Assembly (NCBI GenBank): GCA_000004985.1
Contig: GG738904.1
DNA from: Naegleria gruberi
Taxonomy: Eukaryota
Reading direction: 5' to 3' (one strand)
DNA: 64,000 nucleotides
Part shown: positions 31,952 through 42,647 of the stretch, piece by piece
Position numbering within the stretch: the first letter of the stretch is position 1
Layout: each line of letters opens with the position of its first letter
Notes under the pieces: model-generated
Database searches by the model: none
What the model was told of the DNA's origin: nothing
Seen by the model: the letters and a program-made list of their open reading frames with translations, nothing else
Translations under genes and position numbers: made by a program

Positions 31952-32650
31952 TTATTCATCCTTTCTTAATTCTTGTCTAACTTTGTGATGTTTATCCAAA
32001 ATTTTAACATTTCCTTCTTTGGAAATTCTAACCTTAATCCAAGTACAATTTGGAACATGCCAATCATAACCAGCCTTAAAATCCAAATGATATAATATAG
32101 TACCAATAACTCCTGCATGTGTTGAGAATAATACAGTTTCGCCAACATTCTTATGAAATACTTGATTTTGGACGAAATTCATTAATCTTGCATAAACTTC
32201 AGTATGACATTCCGCTTTAGGATCACATTTGAATGAGAGAAATTCGTCTTTGGAATTCCAAGTGTGATGAAAATCTTCCTCAATTTCTCTAATTTCCTCA
32301 AATGATTTTCCTTCCCAATGAGACATGAATTTCTCTCTCAATAGTTCAGTTTCTAATATCGGAATGTGTTGATGAGGAGTGTCTTTCAAGGCAATTTCAA
32401 CTGTTTTTCTGGCACGTAACATGTCTGAACAGTAAACTGCAGAAAAGGGTTTCGTAACCTTTCGGAAAGTTTCGCATAACTCTTGAGCTTGCATTTCACC
32501 CAACTCATTGAGTGGAATGTCATTATGACCTTGTAACTTTCTTTCTAAATTCCAATTCGTCTGTCCATGACGAATCAAATACACATCCAACATTTCCATT
32601 TTGCTATTATTCGAATCTTGCATTTCACCTCCTTCTTGATGATTTAACAT
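31952..32650 (-). CDS. Histidine phosphatase superfamily (phosphoglycerate mutase-like) protein
   Basis: Catalytic RHG motif in LIRHGQTNWN, plus a downstream conserved His (...STHAGVI...). First ATG at 32650 (MLNHQEG...). The track start at 32737 is GTG. Confidence 0.75.
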   Translation of the reverse strand: MLNHQEGGEMQDSNNSKMEMLDVYLIRHGQTNWNLERKLQGHNDIPLNELGEMQAQELCETFRKVTKPFSAVYCSDMLRARKTVEIALKDTPHQHIPILETELLREKFMSHWEGKSFEEIREIEEDFHHTWNSKDEFLSFKCDPKAECHTEVYARLMNFVQNQVFHKNVGETVLFSTHAGVIGTILYHLDFKAGYDWHVPNCTWIKVRISKEGNVKILDKHHKVRQELRKDE

Positions 32651-32781
32651 TTTTTTTTTGATTTGTTTTTTTTTGAAATAGACTTGGAATGCATTTTGAA
32701 CTTGTTTTGAGGTAGGGACCTCTCTCTTAGATAACACTTAGTGTAAATAAAAATAGAATTCTCTTAAGGGGAACAATAGAA

Positions 32782-33717
32782 ATGAAAATGGCGGGAAGAA
32801 TCTACTCAATTTCAAGTAAGACTTTATTGAATAAACTAATTGTAATATTATTAGAAACTATTCTTCTGCAACCCAACGTCCAAGCAGAAATCATAATTCA
32901 AACTGCCAAAGAACAAGGAAAGAGTATCGACTCTCTCCAGCACATTATTGAACAACAGGGAAATCTTGAACTGAAAATGAAAGATCTTCTTGGAAAGCAA
33001 GAATTAAATATTGGAAATTTGGAAGAATTCTTTCAATTTTTAACGAATATGTGTGGATTGAATAATACAGGTCAAGATTTAGACGAAACAATTAGTTGTG
33101 ATTCTGATAAAGCTGTGGTACGAACAAGAAAGAGATCGACAGCAACAATTATCAAACCCTCTGATCATGAAAAGGTGAAAATGAATTTAAAGTCAACTCA
33201 AGTTGGAAAACAATTTGCAGAGCAAAAGTTTCAACATGCTTTGGAATTTATTCGAAATCTGGATCGGGATCTCAAACTAAAGACATTAGAGTTACAAAAA
33301 CTTCAGGAAGAAACTGCCTTTAAACAATCACTAGAATATACAGCTAACAAAACAAGGGACGAAACTGAACTTTCCCAAGATTTCTTAAAAATTAGGAGTT
33401 TCGTCTATAGTTTGGGAATTGAGTTTGCCAAGGCAGTTACCAAAAACAAGGATCGAATCAATGAAATTACTCTCGATTACTACAACAAAATTCCTTCAGA
33501 GTTGAGGAATTCCATTGAAAAGTCTGAAAATATTGATGAATTAATAGACGAACCACTATTCGAAACTCGTTACGTTAATTGGTTGATTGCTGAATCTGAG
33601 CCAAACGGAAGAATGAACGTTTACTATTGTACTGTCAGTTTATTGGAACAGAAAGTTTGTAGAACAGCAAGAAGAAACACAAAAGTCAACATCAAGCCAA
33701 CCTGTCAATTAGAATGA
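32782..33717 (+). CDS. Hypothetical coiled-coil protein
   Basis: ATG-initiated 311-aa ORF, heptad-rich (K/E/L/Q). No recognisable domain. Confidence 0.45.
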   Translation: MKMAGRIYSISSKTLLNKLIVILLETILLQPNVQAEIIIQTAKEQGKSIDSLQHIIEQQGNLELKMKDLLGKQELNIGNLEEFFQFLTNMCGLNNTGQDLDETISCDSDKAVVRTRKRSTATIIKPSDHEKVKMNLKSTQVGKQFAEQKFQHALEFIRNLDRDLKLKTLELQKLQEETAFKQSLEYTANKTRDETELSQDFLKIRSFVYSLGIEFAKAVTKNKDRINEITLDYYNKIPSELRNSIEKSENIDELIDEPLFETRYVNWLIAESEPNGRMNVYYCTVSLLEQKVCRTARRNTKVNIKPTCQLE

Positions 33718-33749
33718 CATTTCATTTGACAATCTGACATGAAATAAAA

Positions 33750-34400
33750 ATGAACGATTTTGGTTCTATACGTGATGCACTAGTGAGTCTTCTCTATGAA
33801 TATGCCTTGTTGAAAGGTAAAACAAACTTGACCATGGTTCAGATTTCAAAATCACTTCGAGAGAATCAATATAATGTAGAGAGAGTAAAACAAATTTTCG
33901 AATTAGATAATGGAAACCTTTCGAAAAATAACGGTCCAAATGAACGAGTTGCCAATTTCCTTCTCAATATTGACAAGACAGAGCAGGAAGAGAATTTGAC
34001 ACTGCATCAAATTCAACTTGAATATCAAGAGAGATTGAAAGATGCAGAAGAGAAGGATAAAGAAATCATCGAACTTCAAACAAGATTAGTCAACGCAAGT
34101 GCTCTCATTGATCAAATGAAACAACAACAAGGCGAAATGCATCAAGTTTCGAATGAGAAACAGAACCTATTAGATCAAGAAACCCAACAAATCCAAAGAA
34201 TTCAACAATTGAGAGAGAAAATGCACGATCTTTCCACTGTGAATGGCATGGATGATTTTGGAATTTGTGAGTGTTCGAATTGGTGTAAATTTCTGGTGTG
34301 TTCTTCCTTCTCGTTGATCATCCTTGCGTGTTGCTTGTTGTTGATTGTGATTTTAGTAATTGTTGGTTTGGCTCTTTATAAACGATTTGAAATGATTTGA
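33750..34400 (+). CDS. Hypothetical coiled-coil protein with C-terminal transmembrane anchor (tail-anchored)
   Basis: 216-aa ORF with a central Q/E-rich coiled coil. C-terminal hydrophobic stretch FLVCSSFSLIILACCLLLIVILVIVGLALY close to the stop. Confidence 0.45.
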   Translation: MNDFGSIRDALVSLLYEYALLKGKTNLTMVQISKSLRENQYNVERVKQIFELDNGNLSKNNGPNERVANFLLNIDKTEQEENLTLHQIQLEYQERLKDAEEKDKEIIELQTRLVNASALIDQMKQQQGEMHQVSNEKQNLLDQETQQIQRIQQLREKMHDLSTVNGMDDFGICECSNWCKFLVCSSFSLIILACCLLLIVILVIVGLALYKRFEMI

Positions 34401-34450
34401 AATAATTTTAATATAATTATTAGAAATGTTTGGCAAACTATTTATTAAAT

Positions 34451-34756
34451 TCACTTTTTTAAATCAGAAATGAGAATTGTCAAGACAAATAGTAATCCAG
34501 TTAGTAGGAGAGCAAGACAAAAACAGCCAACAATTAGGAGGCATACACTAATGCTAATACAATATTTGTTACAACAGATTCTTTTGACCAACTTTCGAAT
34601 AATCAAACTAAAGAATGCATCATCACTTTGAGAGAGAAATCGAGAAAAGAGGGAATGTGGATGATCATCCACGAGTGGATTTTCCTCCTTTCTAACAAGA
34701 CATGATGGCTCTTCCTCACTATCAGAAGCACAGAACGTGTATTCATCATTCGTCAT
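34451..34756 (-). CDS. Hypothetical small tail-anchored membrane protein
   Basis: 101-aa ORF with ATG at 34756. Acidic N-terminus, C-terminal TM ISVCLLIVGCFCLALLLTGLLFVLTILI. Confidence 0.35.
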   Translation of the reverse strand: MTNDEYTFCASDSEEEPSCLVRKEENPLVDDHPHSLFSRFLSQSDDAFFSLIIRKLVKRICCNKYCISISVCLLIVGCFCLALLLTGLLFVLTILISDLKK

Positions 34757-34785
34757 TTTCTTATTTTTGAATCTTGATCAAAAAA

Positions 34786-35316
34786 ATGTCACAAACCAAA
34801 TTCTCATCCTACTTTGCCATCACTCGCAAAGTCATCTGTTACATTGTCTTGAGTATTTACAGTCTAGCTTGTCTTTCCACTTGTGGTTTAAATATTGGAT
34901 GTGCTGTCACTTTTCCAAGAGATTGTGAATTCCAATTCTCTGTCAGATTGGACATTGTCATTTCAGTTTTTGCTTTTATTAACTTTCTCTCAAGTGTTGC
35001 CGTCTTGATTGTTCAGATCATTCACGACTCACAAAAGATGGGTCCCATCACCATTGTCCGACTCAGAATCGTATTATACTTGTGCACAACCTTGATGTTC
35101 ATGTTTACTGGAATGTGTTTATTATTGGATCCAGTGTCAATTTCCTTTGAGGATTTGTATACTGGATCGTGTCAGAGAGGTGAAACTAATGTGGATATTA
35201 ATGCTGCTGCCATTGCTTTGGATTGTCTTGCATTTGTTTCATTGTTTTGTTTTGTTTTTATTTATGGATTTGAGTTTGTGAATGGAGCACAAGAAAAAAC
35301 CAATCTTTCGCAATAG
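34786..35316 (+). CDS. Hypothetical 4-TM membrane protein
   Basis: ATG at 34786 (MSQTKF...). Four hydrophobic segments. No recognisable family. Confidence 0.4.
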   Translation: MSQTKFSSYFAITRKVICYIVLSIYSLACLSTCGLNIGCAVTFPRDCEFQFSVRLDIVISVFAFINFLSSVAVLIVQIIHDSQKMGPITIVRLRIVLYLCTTLMFMFTGMCLLLDPVSISFEDLYTGSCQRGETNVDINAAAIALDCLAFVSLFCFVFIYGFEFVNGAQEKTNLSQ

Positions 35317-35447
35317 ATGGAAGATTTCAGATAGATTGAAATGAAAATAAATCGACGCATGTTTCTTCTGGAATAGATTATTTTATTGGAAACTAAAAAA
35401 TAATTAAAAAAAATGGAAAGCTTTCAATGGGTCAGTAATAATACACA

Positions 35448-37985
35448 ATGTTGAATATTAATTTCTCATCATTGTCACAGTCCGATAAAAATTATATTCT
35501 CGAGCAAATTAAATGGAATGATTGTTCGTGTTTGGAGAAAGTAAACGAAACTTTAAAGAAGGACCGAGAATTCGTTTTGGAAACTATTAAAAAACATGGA
35601 TCAGCACTCGAATATGCCGATGAATCCCTCAAGCAAGATAGAGAATTTATATTGACAGCTGTCAAAACGAATGGAAATTCATTTCGTTACATTGATGAAA
35701 AATTTAAAAAAGATCGAGAAATTGTTTTGGAGGGATTTAAAGAAAATTTATCTGCACTTGAATATGCTGATAAATCATTGAAAAAAGATCGAGATTTCAT
35801 GTTGACAGCTGTCAAACAAAATGGACTAGCTCTTCAACATGCGGATAAATTATTAAAAAAGGATCGGAAAATAGTATTGGAAGCTGTTAAGGAAAAGGCA
35901 TATGCTTTTAAATATGCCAATAAATCATTTACAAAGGATAGAGAATTTATGTTGGAGGCAATTGAATCAAATCCGTATGCATTTGGAAATGCCAATGTTT
36001 CGTTTAAAAAGGATCGACAATTCATGTTGGATGCTGTGAAGAGAAATGGACTAGCTCTTCACTATTATCAAGATGATTTATTTAGGAAAGATAGAGAAAT
36101 TGTATTGGAGGCAGTTAAAACAAATGGGAAAATACTCAAACATCTCAGCGAATCATTTAGGAAGGATCGAGAAGTGGTGTTTCAAGCTTTTCAGAATTGG
36201 AAAAAAGCACTGAAATATGCGAGTGCATCACTCAGGAATGACAAACTCTTTCTCTATTGGATTTCCAAGCATGATTTGAATACAGCTCGAGAATATTCAC
36301 CACACCTCGTTCAAATCATTGAGAATCACAGCAAATTGCAGACTAAACTGTCAACGAATATTATTGACATTTACTCGAAAAGTTTCAGTGATGAAAATGA
36401 ATTGTATTACTGTTTGGAGTTGCCTAAGAATAATCCAAAATCAAAGAGTACACTTTTCAATCTCAATCCAACCTATTCTACTGTATTCATTGAAAAATTA
36501 GTGATATTTCAAATATGGAAACGATTGACTGAATCAACAATTGATATTTTCTATTTGGAATCTCCAAATTACTATTTATTTTGTTTCAGATTGGAGAAAT
36601 TTTTAGAGGAAAATAGTACTCAACCAATTGGTTTGAAGGATTTGAAGAGAGTTGTGGAAACTATTTCATCCAAATTCGAAACATCACATTATAACAAGAA
36701 GGAAACCAGTCAGATACTTTACTTTTTTACAAAATGGACAGAAAGCGAGAAGACATTCAACAATTACAAACAAATATTATCAAAATATAATGAGCTACAT
36801 GGAGACTTGTCTAAAATATTCAGAGCTATGAATCAGTATTACAATTATTTCAGTAATGATTATGATTTTATTTCGATATTGGGACATGGAGGTGAAGGAG
36901 TGGTATTAAAGGTATTCCATAAATCGAGTAGGTCACTTAGAGCTGTTAAATTCAAATATAACACCGAGGAAAGCGAAGAATCTGGGAATGAATTACTGAA
37001 ATTATTGAGACGAAAAGATTTGACTGGAAAGATCAATTACTTTGATTGTGGAATGATACATAATCACCTCTATTCTGTCATGGAATTGGGCGAGGAATCT
37101 CTGGCAGATTACATATCGAGGAATTTTGAAATTTACATGAATCGAACTGCAAAATCTAAAGACAAACTGATAGAAATTCTTCAAATATTTATCAAAGTAT
37201 TGGAATCAGTCAAGTCCATACATGATCACAACATTTTACACAGAGATTTGGATCCACAAAATATTGTCAAAATTCAAGATGAGTACAAGATTATTGATTT
37301 TGAAACTTCAAAGGTTATCAAGACAGGAAACTCAATCACCATTGCTCGTGGAAAATATTCATACATGTCACCTGAAGTGTCACATGACAGTTACACAGAT
37401 GACATGTTAAAAAATGGTGATGAAATGAAACTAGCTCATAATATTGGAAACATTACAATTTCATGCGATTTATTCTCATTGGGATGTATTCTCTTAAAAT
37501 TACTAACCAATGTTCCATTACAATTGGATGAGCAATTTATTCATGATTCGGATATTTCAAAATATAATGATAATTTTACCTATTTTAATGTGTATGGAAA
37601 GTACTTCTTCACTGTCGTGACGACATCTGAAGGAGAAATGAAACTACACTATGCCATTGAAAAATTAATCAATAGCTCAATTATGGAGGAGTATGGAGTG
37701 AATCATTTATTGATTCGATGTATCATTACAATGATTCAAAGAGATTCTTCCAAGAGATTATCTTGTCGTGTGCATAAAACTACACTGGAGAGTGTGGTCA
37801 AGTTTTTGAAAGGAGAAAGCAAAGAATTGAAGGAGATTACTGATTATAAGGAAATTATATCACTGAAAAGCTATTCTCAATTGATTGAGGAAAATAAGAA
37901 ACTAAACGAAAATCAGAAAGCATTGGAGGAGAAGATTAAAATCTTGGAAGAGGAAATAAGGAAATGGAAACTAAATAGTCAATAA
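35448..37985 (+). CDS. Protein kinase with N-terminal array of DUF4116-type repeats and C-terminal coiled coil
   Basis: About 9 repeats of the form KDREFVLEAVKxNGxALxYA(D/S)xxLKKDR. Kinase domain has GHGGEGVVLK (Gly loop), AVKFK (VAIK), HRDLDPQNIV (catalytic loop, K replaced by D) and DFETSK (DFG replaced by DFE). Single exon, 845 aa. Confidence 0.75.
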   Translation: MLNINFSSLSQSDKNYILEQIKWNDCSCLEKVNETLKKDREFVLETIKKHGSALEYADESLKQDREFILTAVKTNGNSFRYIDEKFKKDREIVLEGFKENLSALEYADKSLKKDRDFMLTAVKQNGLALQHADKLLKKDRKIVLEAVKEKAYAFKYANKSFTKDREFMLEAIESNPYAFGNANVSFKKDRQFMLDAVKRNGLALHYYQDDLFRKDREIVLEAVKTNGKILKHLSESFRKDREVVFQAFQNWKKALKYASASLRNDKLFLYWISKHDLNTAREYSPHLVQIIENHSKLQTKLSTNIIDIYSKSFSDENELYYCLELPKNNPKSKSTLFNLNPTYSTVFIEKLVIFQIWKRLTESTIDIFYLESPNYYLFCFRLEKFLEENSTQPIGLKDLKRVVETISSKFETSHYNKKETSQILYFFTKWTESEKTFNNYKQILSKYNELHGDLSKIFRAMNQYYNYFSNDYDFISILGHGGEGVVLKVFHKSSRSLRAVKFKYNTEESEESGNELLKLLRRKDLTGKINYFDCGMIHNHLYSVMELGEESLADYISRNFEIYMNRTAKSKDKLIEILQIFIKVLESVKSIHDHNILHRDLDPQNIVKIQDEYKIIDFETSKVIKTGNSITIARGKYSYMSPEVSHDSYTDDMLKNGDEMKLAHNIGNITISCDLFSLGCILLKLLTNVPLQLDEQFIHDSDISKYNDNFTYFNVYGKYFFTVVTTSEGEMKLHYAIEKLINSSIMEEYGVNHLLIRCIITMIQRDSSKRLSCRVHKTTLESVVKFLKGESKELKEITDYKEIISLKSYSQLIEENKKLNENQKALEEKIKILEEEIRKWKLNSQ

Positions 37986-38277
37986 GATTATAATATTTTC
38001 AAATTCCTTTAAACTTCAAAAAAGAGAAATTCCCTTAAAAATATCATTTTCTTAATCTTGATTCAAACCTTTTAAAACTTTCGAATATTTCACTAACATT
38101 ATCATGTTTAATACTTGGATTCTCATACGTTGTTTGGTAATTCCTCATATTTGAACCTATTTTAAACATAGCCTACTTTAACCAGTTATTTCAATTTGTT
38201 CTCAAATTACAAAAAATAACACAATCATAAACAAGAATTACAACAATTAGTATCAAGTTTGGATTTTGATTTGAAAA

Positions 38278-38880
38278 ATGTTAATAAAATCAGATATTTT
38301 AATAAAAGATGAAGGATATTGGAAACAAGATGAAAAAACCATCGAATCAATTACTGGAAAACGATTCAGAACAATTTACGAAATTCTAAGTGAAGAGGTG
38401 GATTTAAATTTGGATAATTATAATAGTGATCGACATATTTTGAGATCAAGAGTTGAAACCTTATATGAAAAGGCAGAGAATAAGGCAATGCCTTTGTGTT
38501 TCGTATTGGTAAACATTATTCGATACATTAAACAGTTGAATATTCTGGTTTGGGGAGACAAAACAAACCCCATCAAGCAACTAACATTCCTCTCCATGTT
38601 TGGAATCCCATCTGATGTGAGTGGAGTTACTCGAATCGAGGCAATTGATTCTGACAAGTGCAAAGTTTCACAAAATAGTTTCGTCTTGGAGGTACTATCC
38701 ACAAAGGTGATCAACAACTACAACATATACACCAATAGGCTTGTTAATCACCCAATATGTGAGAACTGGTACGATGGAATCAAAGTGAACAATTACACAT
38801 TTGTTGATTTGACATGTGAAGATTTTTATGTGGCATACAAGAAATCAATTCCTAAACTCATTTGCACCGTTCTATGGTGA
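38278..38880 (+). CDS. Hypothetical protein; the functional paralog of the pseudogene at 59721-60311
   Basis: ATG-initiated 200-aa ORF with no recognisable domain. Its promoter-proximal 80 bp and CDS are duplicated in inverted orientation at 59700-60400. Confidence 0.5.
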   Translation: MLIKSDILIKDEGYWKQDEKTIESITGKRFRTIYEILSEEVDLNLDNYNSDRHILRSRVETLYEKAENKAMPLCFVLVNIIRYIKQLNILVWGDKTNPIKQLTFLSMFGIPSDVSGVTRIEAIDSDKCKVSQNSFVLEVLSTKVINNYNIYTNRLVNHPICENWYDGIKVNNYTFVDLTCEDFYVAYKKSIPKLICTVLW

Positions 38881-39129
38881 GATAATCAACAACAATCATT
38901 CCTGGATTTCCATGGAATCAGTTTCTTATTTAGAATTCAGTTGCCCATTGATGATTTTAAAATAATTTATTGAACGTGTTGAAAATTGTTGATTATTTTT
39001 AACAAATCTGTTTTAACGTATTTGCTAAAGCCTTAATAATTCATCGCGAACTACTGCTAGTTTAAGAATTAATTTTTTAATTTTTATAAAAATTGATAAA
39101 GAGAATCATCAATTCATCATAATGGAAGA

Positions 39130-40365
39130 TTAATATTGACGTTCCACAGTTTGAATGCTCTTCCACAATGAACCCATCTGATTTCGTGATAATTGAAGGA
39201 AACCAATTCCAACTTGTTTCAGTGGTTTCATTTTACTAATGTAAATTAATCCTTCATCATTAATTCCATTGTAACTGACATCGAGATAGGTCAATTGATT
39301 CATTTTGTTGATGAACGTTAATGCTAGATTGTCAATTGCACTTCCACTGATATTAAGGAAGGTCAACTGGTCCAATTGACTCAATAATTCAACTATTTCA
39401 TTATTAATACCATTATAAGAAATATCTAGAAGTTGTAATTGTTTCAATTTGATAATATTCTTAGCTCCTGAATTACCAATTTTAGTATTGCAAATGTACA
39501 GATGTGTTAATTGAGTCATTTCACAAATATGTTTAACACCAGTTTCTCCAAGTTTAGTATACGAATCGCTCAATTGTTTCAACTGTTTCATTCCACTTAT
39601 AAACTTAGCTCCTTTAGATCCTATCTGATTATTATTAATTACTAAAACAGTCAATTCATCCAAATTACTGATATATTCAGCTGATTTATCACTAATCAAA
39701 TTCGAATAAATATTTAATGTCTTTAACTGCTTGAATGAACTAATTAATTTGACTTGTTCATCAGTAGTTTCATTACCTGTAATACAAAGATACGTCAATT
39801 TACTCAATTGACTCAAATATTCAACTCCCTCATATGTAATATTATTTTTTGAGCCAATTGAAAGTTTGGTCAACTGGCTCAATTTACTTAAATAATATAG
39901 ACTTTCATTTCCAAAATTATTGTAAGAATCAACATGAATATCGGTTAAATTATTCAATCCTGCAAGATATTTAGCTCCTTTCGAATCAATGGTTTCACTA
40001 CTTAAATAAACTTTCGTTAATTTTTTCATAGATTCGAATATTTCACAATCGAATCGATTCGGAAGTCTAAACTTGTCAAAAACTTGCAGATTTTCCACAT
40101 TTTCCAAAAATTGACCTTTCAATTTCGTATCTTTTCTAATTGTTAACGAATGTTTAATTCCATTTCGAATAACATTAAACCATTGTTTAGAAACTAGGGC
40201 GCATTTCATCACTAAAAATTTAAAATCATCATGAAAAGATAAAATTTCAAATAATTCGTCATTACTGAATAAAAATACTTTTTTAAACGGATCTTGTTTG
40301 GAATGAGAAAAGTCAACATTGCTATTAGAAACTGGTGGAAAATTGTTGTTGATCATATCACTCAT
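39130..40365 (-). CDS. F-box / RNI-like leucine-rich-repeat protein
   Basis: N-terminal F-box-like FSNDELFEILSFHDDFKFLVMKCALVSKQWFNVI, then about 10 RNI-type LRRs (L..L.L..N.IGD.GAK.I..L.QL..L). Confidence 0.7.
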   Translation of the reverse strand: MSDMINNNFPPVSNSNVDFSHSKQDPFKKVFLFSNDELFEILSFHDDFKFLVMKCALVSKQWFNVIRNGIKHSLTIRKDTKLKGQFLENVENLQVFDKFRLPNRFDCEIFESMKKLTKVYLSSETIDSKGAKYLAGLNNLTDIHVDSYNNFGNESLYYLSKLSQLTKLSIGSKNNITYEGVEYLSQLSKLTYLCITGNETTDEQVKLISSFKQLKTLNIYSNLISDKSAEYISNLDELTVLVINNNQIGSKGAKFISGMKQLKQLSDSYTKLGETGVKHICEMTQLTHLYICNTKIGNSGAKNIIKLKQLQLLDISYNGINNEIVELLSQLDQLTFLNISGSAIDNLALTFINKMNQLTYLDVSYNGINDEGLIYISKMKPLKQVGIGFLQLSRNQMGSLWKSIQTVERQY

Positions 40366-40440
40366 TTTTTTTACATTAATTTACAATGTCAATTGTTATT
40401 AATAATGGATAAGAATTTATTATCAGAAAACAAGATGAAA

Positions 40441-41604
40441 TCATTCAATGAATTCATCATCTTCAACATCCTCAAAATATTCGTCATCATCTTCAACATT
40501 CTCATCAACTTCATCCTCATCATCATCATCATCCTCATCCTCATACTCATCACCTACAACAATGCCTCTATCCATGAGTCTTAATTGGATTTTCAATCTG
40601 TTGTCTGTTGCTATTTTTAATCCCAACTCTTCAGCTCTTGTGAATAATTCGAGAGCTCTCTCTAGATCTTCATACTCGTCTCTATTGGTATAGAACTTTC
40701 CTAAATCATTCATAGCACCTGGATCACCTTGATTAACTGCCTTCTCAAGCCAAAATCTATTCTTTTCTTTATCTTCATAACCAGGTTCAAAATGGAACAA
40801 GACTGCCAGGTTAATTTGAGCTCGTACATATCCTTGTTGTGCAGATCTGGTTGTCCACTTGAATGCTTTTCTAATATTCTTTTCAGTTCCAACACCATTT
40901 GCATAAAAGCTCCCAATTTTATATTGAGATTTCATAATTCCATGTTTTGCTGATTTTTTGAACCACCTGAATGCTTCTTTGTGCTCTTTCCTCTTTTCAA
41001 ACACCCTTCCAATGGTGTGGTGGGATGGCAAATGTCCCAATTCAGCAGCTTTCAAATGAAAATCAAATCCTTGAGATTTCTGATTGTGTGAATAAAGGGT
41101 AGTACCTGCTTTGTAAAGGAACAGAGGATTGGAGGAAGAGTTTGCAATTTCTACAAATAAATTGACTAGATCCTGATAATTTTCCACAATAATGCGTGGT
41201 AGTGCGAATTCAGTCAAGCTGGAAAGGAATGATGCTTTTCGTAAAACCTCACTGAAAGTGCCAAAATCAATCCGGTTTCCCTTCAATTCCAGTGTAACCA
41301 AGCTATTGAAATATTTACAAGAAAATACACGTTGTAAATCATGTATTGGAAGGTCACAATTATTAAGGTCCAATTGCGAAACTCCTTGCATTGCACTACT
41401 ACTACACATATCCTCAATACTAAAAGAATCAGTTTTTAACACTTCGATCCGTACCCATGGAAATGCATAGAAAACGTGATGAAAAGATTTGGCCACCAAT
41501 TGGAAACTCAAAATTTGAAATTTGTACTGAAAATTCTCAAGGAAAGACCGAATATAAAAAGCAATATCAGGTGGGATGTAGGTTCTTGCATGGTTGGTGA
41601 CCAT
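40441..41604 (-). CDS. Sel1-repeat protein with F-box-like N-terminus and ~45-aa acidic (D/E) C-terminal tail
   Basis: Sel1-like units (AAELGHLPSHHTIGRVFEKRKEHKEAFRWFKKSAKHG..., SQYKIGSFYANGVGTEKNIRKAFKWTTRSAQQG..., AQINLAVLF...). N-terminal IPPDIAFYIRSFL...FQLVAKSF is F-box-like. Tail is DEYEDEDDDDDEDEVDENVEDDDEYFEDVEDDEFIE. Confidence 0.7.
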   Translation of the reverse strand: MVTNHARTYIPPDIAFYIRSFLENFQYKFQILSFQLVAKSFHHVFYAFPWVRIEVLKTDSFSIEDMCSSSAMQGVSQLDLNNCDLPIHDLQRVFSCKYFNSLVTLELKGNRIDFGTFSEVLRKASFLSSLTEFALPRIIVENYQDLVNLFVEIANSSSNPLFLYKAGTTLYSHNQKSQGFDFHLKAAELGHLPSHHTIGRVFEKRKEHKEAFRWFKKSAKHGIMKSQYKIGSFYANGVGTEKNIRKAFKWTTRSAQQGYVRAQINLAVLFHFEPGYEDKEKNRFWLEKAVNQGDPGAMNDLGKFYTNRDEYEDLERALELFTRAEELGLKIATDNRLKIQLRLMDRGIVVGDEYEDEDDDDDEDEVDENVEDDDEYFEDVEDDEFIE

Positions 41605-42647
41605 TTTTTTTGTAGTATTTTCTTTTTAACCAACAATATGTGTTTGTTGAAAGGTAAATTTGAAAACGTGATTTGGGTTTACAAAAATTCTAATTAGGTA
41701 ATAGACTTGAAGTCACAAATCAAATCCTCAACGTACTGGGCTCGCAATTAATTTTCCTGCAATAATATTTTCATATAATCCTCATTGATAATTAAACAAC
41801 TCGGTTGAGAATTTTAGGACGTCTCTGATTATTGGCAACTTAAATATTGGCCATAACGAAAGTAGAAACTATAGAAAAATCATGGGATTGGTATTGATTC
41901 AAAACCAATCGGACAATCCTTAACTCTTAAACGTATAAATCTATGATTCAGAAACGAATCTGGTTTTACATATGCCTCAAATTCATAAAAAGTATTGTTG
42001 AAAAATATCTTTCATTTGTAGGAATCTTAATTGCATGATTGCCCACAAATACATCATTGTTGGAAATGAACTGATAGATCTGTAATGGAATATTAGTTGC
42101 CAAGAAATACCCATCATTAGTACGTCATGATTATTATGAATATAATTTTGAAGATAGGCAATAAACATTCCGAGTAGCTAATGTACTGTTTTCCTTTGTA
42201 AAATTTAAATATAAAGATAAATTAATTATTGTTGGTGCAAATTCCAAATCAAAATTCTAATAATATTGATGAATATCTTTGTAATTATTAATATAATTTG
42301 TATTTCTCCTTCTTGCTACTATTATTGCGAATCCAGCAGAGCATTTCACCATCTAGAGAATACCACAACCAACCAAATCAATTAATCCAAAATTTGTTAA
42401 CTTTTTTGCCTTTAAATTCAAACATTTTTTAATCTACAGTTTTCACCACAACCAACAAATTTACCTTTGGTAAGGTTAATAATTATTTAATATTACTATT
42501 CGGAATAGAGTAAAATTCAAAATTGATTAAAAGTATACGGATAACAATCATCAAACAATAATTTTCATTAAATTATTATTATCATTATCATCATCTAATA
42601 AATAACAATAAAAATCAAAGACAATATTGAAGCGATTTTGATAAAAA

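Noticed and set aside
40448-40693. Plus-strand ORF rich in Ser (SSSTSSKYSSSSS...)
   Set aside because: Antisense to the GAT/GAA repeat encoding the acidic tail of the Sel1 protein.
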